A stretch of 61,758 nucleotides of DNA, the filler included, from Bonamia ostreae (taxonomy: Eukaryota): assembly GCA_040357525.1 (NCBI GenBank). It is 9 parts of 9 records of this genome, joined end to end, with 100 filler letters (N's around TTAATTAATTAA, not from the genome) between each part and the next. Parts side by side here need not be neighbours in the genome. Positions count along the whole stretch, not along the records: positions 20,819 to 27,600 come from JBDODL010000107.1; positions 27,701 to 34,463 come from JBDODL010000108.1; 7 more parts are not named here. One strand, 5' to 3'. Numbering within the stretch: the first letter of the stretch is position 1; the number at the start of each line of letters is the position of its first letter. Position numbers and translations under genes: made by a program. Of the stretch, positions 23,787 through 34,463 are shown one piece after another. The notes beneath the pieces were generated by a model, which was given only the letters and a program-made list of their open reading frames with translations, made no database searches and was not told the DNA's origin.

Positions 23787-25643
23787 TTAATATTTAGCAT
23801 CCTCTTTTTTAGAGACCCCAAATTTTTTCTTCAAAGCATCAAATTTCTTTTTGTTAAAATCGATTCTCCCAGGTTTGATAATTTTAACTTTTCGTTTATA
23901 TTTATTTCTCGATTCCTTTATATTGTTAATGAAGCACTTTGATAATTGCGTAACGTCCATCCTTTCAATACCACTGTGAGCCGTGTTGTTTAAATCTGGA
24001 GAGGTCTCCCATTCCAATTCTTCTTCTGCTTTATAATCGTTTTCATTATTGGCTTCTTTATGTAAATCTTTGCGAAAAAAACCATCTGTGTCACTGTCGT
24101 AAAAAAGGCAATTAACTTTATCTTCACTTTCATCATCTGAAGATTCAATAACCGTCTTTAAGTTTTGATTATTTGCTGTTTGCTGTTTCGCGTTTTTGTC
24201 AGTTTTGTCAGTTTCGTCTTTTTTGTCTTTTTTGTTTAGTTCGTGATTTTCGATTGATCTTATTATACTTTCTTTTCTGAATTTAAGTCCTTTTATGTTA
24301 AAATTTTGAAATCGGAAACTATTAAATTCTGCTTCTCCACTGTCTGCATCATCGTTTTTGTCGGAATTCATATTTTCATCATCTTTTACTGCGGAATTCG
24401 TATCTTTGGCAACATCGAATTCCTTATTTTCCAAACTTTTCTTTTCTGGTGTTCCTTGAGCAACTTTTAATCCAGATTTAAGATACGGAATTGGAGATGG
24501 TGGTGGTGGCGGTGGTGGCGGTGGTGGTGGTGGAGACAATGCCAAATTTTGAGATACTTCCGATTCAGATTTAAGCTGCGGGGATGACGGGGGAGGGGGG
24601 AGAGGTTGAATAATCGTCCTGACATGTTTATTATTAGTTCTTTTTATCACTGGTTCCTTTTCTTCATTCTTTTCAGTTTGATTGCTATCTATTTGCGTCT
24701 GATCATTATTATTTTCATTTCTTTCGACTTTATTTATTTGTTTCATTAGTCGCATGTCCAAATTTTCTATACATTTGTTTTCCTTTTCACAAAGTCTCTT
24801 GTCTGTCGTATTCTTATTTGGTAAAGAGAGGATTTCTATAGATGGTCGTGTATTTTCGTCTATCTGCGAAATTTCTTCAACTATTCTATTTTGGTTGCTC
24901 GAGGAATAGCAATTATTTCCCTTTGTTTGATCAACATCATCGTCAAATCTAATCAAATCGACATCATTAATATTCTTAAAGTGGCCATTTTTGGGGGATT
25001 CGTCTGATTCCAAAGATTCTTTCTGTCTTTGTTGACATGTTGTTGCAACAAACTCTTTTGCGAATGTTTGCTGTATTTCGTCACAATTGTTCCAAGCTTC
25101 AGATGGGTTTATTGGGGGAGTATCTGTAGTATTAATATCCGATGCGGTGGCATCAATTTTTTGTGCTTCTATTTGGAACGTAGGGAAATGATTTCGTGCA
25201 CTTTCATCTATATTTCTGCCAGAAATTGTATTTTCTCTTTGTCGCATAAGAACGTCATCTTCCCATTGACTATAATTAGATTGATTTCGTGGAAAAAATT
25301 GGAAGTTTTGTTCGTAGTCGTTATCGATTGATATTGTTTCTTGTTGATCATGATCAGAATTACTATTTACCAATCCATTTAATTCGTTTTTTTGATTACT
25401 GCTGACAGGTACATCAGCAGTTGTCTTGTTTTCCGTATTCAAGTTAATTGAATGATATTTATCTTCGCCAGATTGAATCAAATGAATATTGTTGTTAACT
25501 TTGATTTGATTATTTACATCCTCTTGTTTATTCACATCGGTGACAATATCTGTTTTTTCTGTAATATCAGTTTGATTTCTTTCAATTTCACAATTCTCTA
25601 AATGTGAATTTAACAATTCTGCAAATTGCGAATTTTTATTCAT
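23787..25643 (-). CDS. 618-aa intronless low-complexity protein with polyproline tracts
   Basis: Long ORF, Asn/Asp/Gln-rich, with PLPPPP and an 11-Pro run, then acidic and basic C-terminal segments. Confidence 0.8.
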   Translation of the reverse strand: MNKNSQFAELLNSHLENCEIERNQTDITEKTDIVTDVNKQEDVNNQIKVNNNIHLIQSGEDKYHSINLNTENKTTADVPVSSNQKNELNGLVNSNSDHDQQETISIDNDYEQNFQFFPRNQSNYSQWEDDVLMRQRENTISGRNIDESARNHFPTFQIEAQKIDATASDINTTDTPPINPSEAWNNCDEIQQTFAKEFVATTCQQRQKESLESDESPKNGHFKNINDVDLIRFDDDVDQTKGNNCYSSSNQNRIVEEISQIDENTRPSIEILSLPNKNTTDKRLCEKENKCIENLDMRLMKQINKVERNENNNDQTQIDSNQTEKNEEKEPVIKRTNNKHVRTIIQPLPPPPSSPQLKSESEVSQNLALSPPPPPPPPPPPPSPIPYLKSGLKVAQGTPEKKSLENKEFDVAKDTNSAVKDDENMNSDKNDDADSGEAEFNSFRFQNFNIKGLKFRKESIIRSIENHELNKKDKKDETDKTDKNAKQQTANNQNLKTVIESSDDESEDKVNCLFYDSDTDGFFRKDLHKEANNENDYKAEEELEWETSPDLNNTAHSGIERMDVTQLSKCFINNIKESRNKYKRKVKIIKPGRIDFNKKKFDALKKKFGVSKKEDAKY

Positions 25644-26340
25644 TTCTTTTTAGAATTAAAATAAAACTTTGCGAAACTTCTTCTTTTTTAAATGCATCAT
25701 TTTTTATTCCCGTGAGTTTATTATTTATAGAAAGGGTGATGTCATTATTAATTTCTGATTTTTTGCACAAAGATTGTGTTCCATTATTTATTCTTTTCGA
25801 CAAAATCACTTTTTATATTTATGTTTTGAACAAATTTAAACAAAAACTCCAAAATTGAAGCTTAAATTGTTAATCTGTAAAACAAATCTTATTTTAAAAA
25901 CATAATTTCTTTGATTTGAGATTAGTAAAAAAGCAAATCGCGAGAATAGAAAAGAAATTGAATACGATGAAAATAGAACTGATTGCAGTCAGAACGAGGA
26001 ATAAAAATCTGTAATTTATTTCATTCATCTCCAGTTCAAAGAAAATTTGTAAAATATCACTTTTTTCCATTATTTCGAATATTATTTTTTTCGTTTTCTG
26101 TTAAAAAAATTATTTTTTAATATACTTTTTGCGATTTTTAGAATTTTTGAAAAATTTTCTAAAGATCGAATTTCAACTTGATTTAAAGAAAATGTTGAGA
26201 TAAAGAAAAAGTAATGAGAAAATAGAAATGGAGCACTATTCAATACCGGTTGCTCATATATAGACAGCGCTGTAGAGATATTAAACAACATGAAAAAATA
26301 AAAATGGAATCTTATTAATAAGACGATATTGTTTAATAGT

Positions 26341-27450
26341 TATCTATGACAAATCCTCTCTCTTTTGACTATCTTCGCTTTTGGTGTCACTGCTTGTCTC
26401 CGGATTTGTTTCTCTTTTTCGTGTTTTTTCCACTTGAGAATAAAGTGCTTTATTTTTAAGCAATTTAAAAAATTTAAGTTTGCATTAGAAAAATATCAGA
26501 TAATCTATCCAAAATGACTTTTCTATAAAACCTTGCTTTCTTGTCTCCTTTGCAGGATCCGATCCGACTTTTGTTGGATCGATAGGATCATTTTCATCAA
26601 TTCCCGCCCTTCCTGTTCGATTGATTTGTTCTAATACAAGTTCTCGATCGAGAACGGCATAATTTGAACCTGTAAACATTAATTTCAAAACTTGGTATTG
26701 TGTCTCTTCTTTCTAACGATGGTCTTATATTTGCAGCTCTTTCATAACTTGGACCATCTTCCATTTCATCCCTAATTTCCACCCCTTTGTAAAAATTTAT
26801 TCAATGGCGAATGTATTTGAATATCAAATATGCAAAAAATCAATAACTTTGCGGAGCAGCGGCATCAATTTCAGGAATAGGATTGATTGCTCTCAAAGAA
26901 ACCGAATCGCCGAAAACAGGATTGACTCTTGGCAACTGAAAAATGGATTTTTCTGAATTGGAAGTGCTATATCTTTCCTCTTTAAATCAAAATTAGAATA
27001 ACGAATATTTTTGAAAATAAAGAAGGCTAATAAAGCAATCGCTGAAATGGATTTGATTGCTAAAATCACATTATTCGTGAAAATAAGCGCAAAGATAGCA
27101 CTTTCGCTTTTGCTTTCGCCGAATAAGATTTTGGTTGGCAATAGCGACATGGTTTATATATAAATCGATATTAAAATTATAATTTATAAATCTGAAAATA
27201 TATTTTATAAATTATAACAAAACAAAAGCAAGCGACAGAATTTTATTGGTACTGAAACATTTGCAAGAAATCGGTGACTCGATTCAAAAATCTAAAAACA
27301 GATGTATTCTTCCTGGTTCAAGATGGATATTGTGGAGATCAGCTAAATCGAGTGGAAACGTCGAATAAGCAAATTGAATTGGAAAAACAAAAAAATCCTG
27401 CAATTATAAAACGAAACTAAAAATGCCATCTTTCAAAATTTAAACGATGG
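26341..27450 (-). CDS. Unknown membrane protein with cytoplasmic tail (multi-exon, boundaries approximate)
   Basis: Hydrophobic exons (AIFALIFTNNVILAIKSISAIALLAFFIF) splice to polar exons (QLPRVNPVFGDS..., EDGPSYERAANIRPSL...). Confidence 0.4.
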
Positions 27451-27810
27451 AAAGTTTAAGACTTTTAATATAGCAGCAAATATGATTCACTTTCTACAGG
27501 ATGATTTTCTTGGATAAATGCCTTTATGAAATCAACAAATCTTATTTTATATTAATTTTGACGAAAACTTTTTTTCATCTCCCTCTGCGATATCTTTTAG
27601 NNNNNNNNNNNNNNNNNNNNNNNNNNNNNNNNNNNNNNNNNNNNTTAATTAATTAANNNNNNNNNNNNNNNNNNNNNNNNNNNNNNNNNNNNNNNNNNNN
27701 TATTTTTGTAATCTTTTGATGATTTTTTGATATTTTGCAAACTTTTGTAAATAAAAACGGTTCTTTATAAATTTTCAAAAATTTTAGATTTGATGAAACA
27801 AAATGTTATT

Positions 27811-29210
27811 TTAATGTAAAAAAGGATAAAAATAATAATTTTTATTTATTTTAGTCAAAATTCGTCTATATTCATAACTAGTCTTAGAATTAAGAATGCC
27901 TTTGTATGTTTTGTTAGAATAAAAAAGCCATTTTTCAACTAAATTTTCGTTGTCCTTTCCAAAACTTGATTTCATATAAATATTATCCGCGAATAATTTT
28001 ACCGCCAAAGATTTGACAGTCGATTCATAACTTGTTTGCGCTGAATCAGTTCGCTTTTCGATAATAAAAATGCCAAAATCGGAAGAGTTTAAACCAAAAT
28101 CGTCATTTTTTATATTCGCTAAACGTTTTTATAATTAAGTCAGATCAAATTTAAACAGTAAATTTTCTAATTTAAAGAGCGCAATAAATTTTAAAATCTA
28201 CCATTCGAAACTAAATCCGAATTCGAAAAAATGAGCTTTAATGTTTCGTTTATTTGTTGAAAATAAAAGCCGTTGAGATTGCAGAAGGGCGTTTTGTTAA
28301 AAACGAAAACTAAATTGCTGCTTAAGAAGCCATTTTTGCTTTCAGACAAAAAATGTGCTTTTTTAAGGTCTAAAGCAGTTCTAACAAATTTTAACAGAAA
28401 AATATCGATTTCTTCGGAAACGATTAAAACATTATGACAAACTGACAGCAAAAACCAGATTTTTTGGATTTCCTAAATTTTAAAAAAATTTTACTCTTAG
28501 TTGTTTTTGAGTAATATTTTCAGTTGATGTTACATCCGCCACAGAATATAAATTTAGAATCGGCTAAATTTTAAAAATTATTATATTTTAGATAATTTGG
28601 AGATGATCAAATTTTAAATTTTAATTAAAATTTTACATTTTTTAAAAATTGTTTTCGAAATTTTGTTTTTATAAAATTTTAAAATTGATTTCGAAATTTT
28701 GTTTTTAAAAATTTTAAAATTGTTTTCGAAATTTTGTTTTTAAAAATTTTAAAATTGTTTTCGAAATTTTGTTTTAGAGACCTCTGTGTCCACAAACACA
28801 AATCCGTTCCGACTGCAATGAAAATTGCATCCGACAGTGCAAGAACGACATTGTTCAACAACGTTATTCCCCGAAACATTAAAACAATTTTTAAAACTAA
28901 AATTGCCATCATCACAAAGCTTAGCCATTTTTGACAACAATTCGGATTTACCGGAATTTATACGGCCCAAAACTCCTATTATTTTAATCCGATTATATCT
29001 CTGTTTCCCGAAATTTAGCTTTAAGCAATTTGAATTAAATCGGCCAGTTTTCCCTTCCAATAAATTAATCACATTGTTATATGGATTTGTTATAATTTTA
29101 TTTTGTTTTGAGCTTAATGGCCTTTTGGTTTCGATAAATTTGTTGTTCTTTTTCCCTTCTATTTTGTGTAAAGACTTTTTTCCCGAATCCATTTTTTTAG
29201 ATTCGCTCAT
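27811..29210 (-). CDS. SMG9: Nonsense-mediated decay factor SMG9
   Basis: IIGVLGRINSGKSELLS P-loop, CTVGC...FVFVDTE|PIL, FLLSVCHNVLIV...FVRTA and C-terminal EKWLFYSNKTYKGILNS; 3' end approximate. Confidence 0.8.
28640..28778. repeat. Intronic tandem repeat of about 35 bp (AAAATTTTAAAATTGTTTTCGAAATTTTGTTTTT), about 4 copies
   Basis: Visible repeats inside an SMG9 intron. Confidence 0.88.
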
Positions 29211-29242
29211 ATTGTTAAAATTAGTCAATAATTTAGAAATTA

Positions 29243-29551
29243 ATGGAATCGAAAATTTTAAAGTTAGTGAGAAACAACAAGATCGTCTTATTTACAAAAC
29301 CAAATTGCCCTTTCTGTTTACGGTCTAAAGCTTTGTTCGAATCTTTACAAATGCCATTCCACGACGTCGATTTATCCGAAAAAGCCGATCCAGGTAACCA
29401 TTAAATTTTACAATAAGACACATATCAAGACGAGCTTAAAAAAATTACGGGAGCTAGATCTGTCCCGCGCATTTTTATCAACGGAAAGTCAATTGGCGGC
29501 TACACCGATTTGGCCGCACTGCACAAAAAGGGCAAATTAGCAAAGCTTTAA
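29243..29551 (+). CDS. Dithiol glutaredoxin (CPFC)
   Basis: IVLFTKPNCPFC...ITGARSVPRIFINGKSIGGYTDL; one 25-nt intron. Confidence 0.95.
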
Positions 29552-29637
29552 AATCAGATAGTAATATATTTATGTTCGTTAATATATTTAATTGATGACT
29601 TAAACTTTATGGATTATAAATTTATGCCCTAAAAACA

Positions 29638-30995
29638 TCAAAATTTATCGATTTTAACTGAGTGAACTTCGTCTACAAAAATCCTAACAGCTTCAAAGTC
29701 CATGTCCGGCAACATTCCATGGCCCAAATTAGCGATAAACCTTTTGTTCTTTAAACTAGTCAGCATTTCTTTTGTTTCCTTCTTTATTGTTTCTTCGTCT
29801 CCGTAAAGCACGGCTGGATCCAAATTGCCCTTAAAATCTGGACCGAAAACCATCAAAGTGACGTCGTCTCCGACGATTTTCCTCGCTTCGTTTACCGAAA
29901 TGGTCCAGTCGATGGCTATTACATCGCATCCAGTTTCGGAAACCTCTTTTAGCGAATGATTTGCTCCCTTCGGGAACAAAACAATGGGAACAGCGCCCAT
30001 TCCCAAATTCCCCATTTCCGCCCTCAATTCTGAAACGATTCGGCTCAAACACGGCAACACAAAATTTCTGAATTCCTTTGGACCGAGATGCCCCGCCAAA
30101 GTTTCGAACACCTCTAAAACCTTTTATTGGTGACAGTCAAAACTTGGCAACCTGCTTCCATTTGGAGCAGAAGGTGGTTTACGATAAGAGAGGTTAATCT
30201 GTTTAGCAATAATTTTGCTTTTTCGGGACAACGGAACAGCCATTTTTTCGCGGAAACGCAGTTCTTTTGAAATAGCCATAAAATAAAAAACTTTTGAGCT
30301 TTTTCCTTCGACCATGTAGCTCATTAAAGTCCACGGACCTCCTGTGAAGCCTATCAACGGCAAATCCGGTTTAAGCTTAGAGCGCGTTAACTTTATCGCT
30401 TCGTAGACATAACTATAATTTGCAATTTGGTTTTTCTGGTTAAAATGGAAACGATAATTTTTGTCTTAAATCGATCCGGAAATTTGTTTCTGGAAAATTT
30501 TCGATTGTAACTTTTTCCTTGAAAAGTGGTCCGATTTGCGGAACCATGTTTACTTCGAAACCGATCGCTTGTGGAATAACCAGAATGTCGCTAAATATTA
30601 TCGCGGCGTCCAAATCAAATTTTTTTATCGGTTGTAGAGTCAATTCACAAACTGTTTCGGGGTCTTTGCACAATTGGAAAAAATTTTTCTATTTTGTGAA
30701 AAATAAACTTTCCCTTTAGTTTTTCGGTATTCTGGTAAATATCTTCCCGCCTTTTTTGATATTACAATTTATTAAATGGATAAATCTTCTGATCTAAAAT
30801 GGACAAATCTTCGAAAACGAAGCCCGTTTATCGACTAAAAATGGACAAATCTCACCGCAAAAAATGGGATGTTAAATGGATCAAATGTTTATCGACTAAA
30901 AGATCTTTAACTTGTCTGTGAATAAAAATGGGAAATTTTGTTATTTCTTTGCCTAACGCAGCTTTAACAAACAAGCTTTCTTCTATTTCAGGCAT
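29638..30995 (-). CDS. UROD: Uroporphyrinogen decarboxylase
   Basis: [53 protein letters not shown] and IANLGHG; 6 introns (about 162, 20, 40, 28, 23 and 21 nt). Confidence 0.96.
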
Positions 30996-31053
30996 TTGGA
31001 AATTTTTATATGGGATATAATAAATAAACGACAAAACAAAATAACTTTAAAAA

Positions 31054-31359
31054 TCAAAATATTGTTCTGACATATCTCATCAAATCAGACAAAATCGCAT
31101 CCAAAAAATTCTTTTTGTCTTTGGGAGCAACAGACCTTTCAATTTTTCTGTCCAACAAGTCAAAGCTCTTTTTATAAAAATGGCGTTTAAGAACTTTTTG
31201 AAGGTTTTCTTGCAGATGTGGATGGTTTTGCTGTGATTTTCGAGAGGTGCTTTCTTGTTCCCCAATTTCATTTAAAAGCTTTAATATTTCTTTTTTGCAT
31301 TTGTTTCGTTCTTTCGTCAAATCGATATATCGCTCGCACAAATATAGACATTTTTCCAT
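31054..31359 (-). CDS. Small helical/coiled-coil protein, unknown
   Basis: 101-aa ORF starting MEKCLYLCERY. Confidence 0.5.
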   Translation of the reverse strand: MEKCLYLCERYIDLTKERNKCKKEILKLLNEIGEQESTSRKSQQNHPHLQENLQKVLKRHFYKKSFDLLDRKIERSVAPKDKKNFLDAILSDLMRYVRTIF

Positions 31360-31859
31360 TTTGTATTGAATTAGCTTTTGTAAAAAAGATAACAAAGAAA
31401 TTTTAATTTGTAAATTTTATTATTTTATTGCTATATAAACTCTCTTTTTTCCTATTTTCAAAGTTTTATTTTTGTCCATTTCTGATACAATTTAAGCGTT
31501 TTTAGATAAATCAGATTTTTGTTATATCGGTTTAATTATATTTTAAATCAGATGTTTATCTGGTTAGTATTGTCGATCTTCTTTATAATTATTTTTCCAA
31601 TAATGAATTTGTGTGGATATTTTGATTTTGTTGTTTGATATTTGAATTTTTAGATTTGACTTATTTTCAAAATATATTTTTTCTCAAACAACTTATTAAC
31701 TTTAAGGATTTTTGTATTAATATTTTTCAAAAATATCTAAAAATATTTAAAATGAAGTTAATTTAACGATAATAAACGCATTAAAACAAAAAATTAAAAC
31801 TTTAAGTTTTTACAACGAATTTTTTGATAAAACTATTTCATGGAAAAATATTTATAAAC

Positions 31860-32200
31860 AAATTAAATTTCTAAATCTAAAAAGCCCCTGGCTTTGATCA
31901 AAAAATGTTTTTAGAAAGTGCTGAAACAATCGCAATTTACTTATCTATTTTAGTTAATAAAGCTACCGGCAAATTTTAATATTGTTAAAATTGTACCAAT
32001 CACCAAATTAAATAAAAATGTCTTAAACGTAACAGATATCAGACCAATATCACTATTATCAATAACCAGTAAAATTTTAGAAAACATTTAAAGAAATTAA
32101 ACAAATTTGTATTTACAAATCAATAAAAGTTATTTATTAACGAAAATTGAGACCTTTCAACACTTTGATTTCCGTAAACAAACGTTCATATTACTGCTTA
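31860..32200 (+). mobile_element. Degenerate non-LTR (LINE) reverse transcriptase fragment
   Basis: Broken frames give KAPGFD...KIVPITK...DIRPISLLSITSKILE...QHFDFRK, matching the LINE RT N-terminal motifs KAPG.DG, RPISLL..SKILE and QFGFR; frameshifts and stops present. Confidence 0.85.
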
Positions 32201-32654
32201 AACTTACTCTCGATTGAAAAGCGATTTTATTTCCGCAAAAAGCATAAAGTTACGCCAAAACAACTTTAATCTAAAGTTCTATAACAAAGGTTCAAAAATT
32301 CAAAAAGGACCTCGATTTGCCCTCGAAAAGTCTTAGAAATTACTTAAAAAGCAATTCTTATGTTTAAATAAAAAACTACGAGATTTACAAATCTAAAAAA
32401 TTACAATTTTTGGAAATACGCGAATGACAAAAATGTTGAATCCATTTTATAAAAAAAATTTAATCAAAAGAAAAAAAATATCTGCACTCAATTATTTAAG
32501 GTTTGAATAAAGCGGAAAACAGTTTTTTCTGTAACGGTTTGAATAAAGCGGAAAACTGTACAGAACAGGAGACAATAGAACATTTTTACCGTGAAACTTT
32601 AGCCAGACAGACTTTACAAAACTCGACTATAACCGAAAAACGACTTAGCCGAAA

Positions 32655-32958
32655 ATGGTTTCCATTCTCACTCATCCACAGCACCAACCAACCAATCCTC
32701 AGCCGTACTTGACCGATCTCAAAGGAAAACAAGTCGACGTTAAGCTCAAATGGGGGATCATCTACAAAGGCTTCCTGGTGTCGACAGACCCATACATGAA
32801 CCTACAAGTTCTATTTCCGAACTAAAACGCAGCTCGCCAACACGGAGGAGTGGATAGGCGGCAATCTCAAAGGAAAGTTGGGCGAAATTTTCGTGCGCTG
32901 CAACAACGTCTTGTACGTGAGGGAGATCCCGGAGGAAGACGGCGATGAAAAAAAATAG
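32655..32958 (+). CDS. SNRPF: Small nuclear ribonucleoprotein F (SmF)
   Basis: [46 protein letters not shown]...[14 protein letters not shown]. Confidence 0.96.
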
Positions 32959-32970
32959 GATGAAGAATTT

Positions 32971-33424
32971 TTATTTTGGCGAATAATTGTCAGCAAAACT
33001 TACTTCTGTTCCGTCGACCATCGCCGTGGCTCCTTCGTAGTTTATCGTTTCGTCCAAGTCTTCGAACTTTGTGATCAACTCGGAGACTTTGGCGGTCAGC
33101 ATTTTTTCGACTTTTTCTTTTTTGAATTCTTCTTCGATCAAACCGACGAGCGCGGTTCTAATTTAATTTGGTTTGCGGTTTAAGCTCAAACCTCGTCAGC
33201 AGTTTGTCCAGATCGTCTTGATTCGAGATTTTCACTATTCCGATTTTGCGGCTTAGCAGGACGATTCTTATTATCTTCGGGTTGTGGCCGGATTGTTTGG
33301 TCCTTGAGAAAGCTCTTTTGTGTTGATTTGGTATAATCGAATGTCCGCGATTAAAAAAATGGCGGTTGCGGGTCAAAGGAGGTTTTTTGGTGGCCAGCAT
33401 TGGGCTTCTTAGAAGAACGCGCAT
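32971..33424 (-). CDS. Unknown protein with Arg-rich, acid-free N-terminus (possible mitochondrial presequence); 2 exons
   Basis: MRVLLRSPMLATKKPPLTRNRHFF...; a GT-AG intron joins to TALVGLIEEEF... Confidence 0.6.
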
Positions 33425-33466
33425 TTAAGAAAACTAAGTTTGACAGCTAACACGATTTTATATAAA

Positions 33467-34463
33467 ATGGCAAATAGACAAATTTCGGAAAATTACGAAA
33501 TGAAGACTGACGAGGAATATAAACAAATCGGAAACGACCTTTTTAAGCAAAACAAGTTGAATGAAGCTTTAGAGCAATATTTAGAGTTTTAGAATATAAT
33601 TTTAGAGCTATAAAAATTAATCCGGAAAATGGTTGTGTCTACTCAAACATTGCTTTGGTCTATATACGTCTCGAAAAATATGGCCAAGCAGTGATCGAGG
33701 CAACCAAAAGCGTCAAATTCGGATACAATAAAGGCTATTACCGAAGAGCTTCCGCATATTTGGCAATGGCTAATTTTGACAAAGCCGCAAAGGATTTCCG
33801 GATTGTAACATTTTAAAAATAAAAGGCGTCGAAACTGTTCCCGTCGAACTTTGGAATAAAAAACAAGGTTCGATTCTATAAGGCAAAATTTTAGCTGGCG
33901 TTCTGCAACGCGGAGATACGCAAAGCTATTTTCACGGATTCGATTAAAAATGAAAACAACATTCCTCTTTCCGAAAGATTAGATTTGGACAAATTTGGTC
34001 ACAATTTTTAAAATTTAAAGTTGTTCCAGACGACTTTTCCGGTCTAAAATTAAATTTCCCTTTGAACAGAGAAACCGTTTTGGAAATAAAATCAAATTTA
34101 AAACAACAAAAAAGGATTCATATTCGGTTTTTCGATTTGATAAACATTAAGATTCGTATATCAGATCATCTTGAAAACTATCGAAATACTGAAAAGCGAA
34201 CAGAACTTGGTCAAATCTTCGATTCCAAAAGTAAATTTCGATATTCATTTAAGGAAGCCAAATTTAACGTTTGCGGAGATGTCCACGGCCAATTCTATGA
34301 TTTGGTAAATATCTTCGAAATTTTCGGAGAGCCTTCTAAAAACAACATCTTTTTGTTTAATGGCGATGTTGTCGATCGGTTTTTAAAGATGTTGATTTTT
34401 TTAAGACGTAAAATAAAAATTTGGCTTTTGAAAATTAAAAATGACGTAAAATAATAATGACTT
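33467..34463 (+). CDS. PPP5C: Ser/Thr protein phosphatase 5 (TPR + PPP catalytic), 5' part
   Basis: TPRs ([23 protein letters not shown]) followed by [12 protein letters not shown] and FNGDVVDR; six introns of 20-27 nt. Confidence 0.94.
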
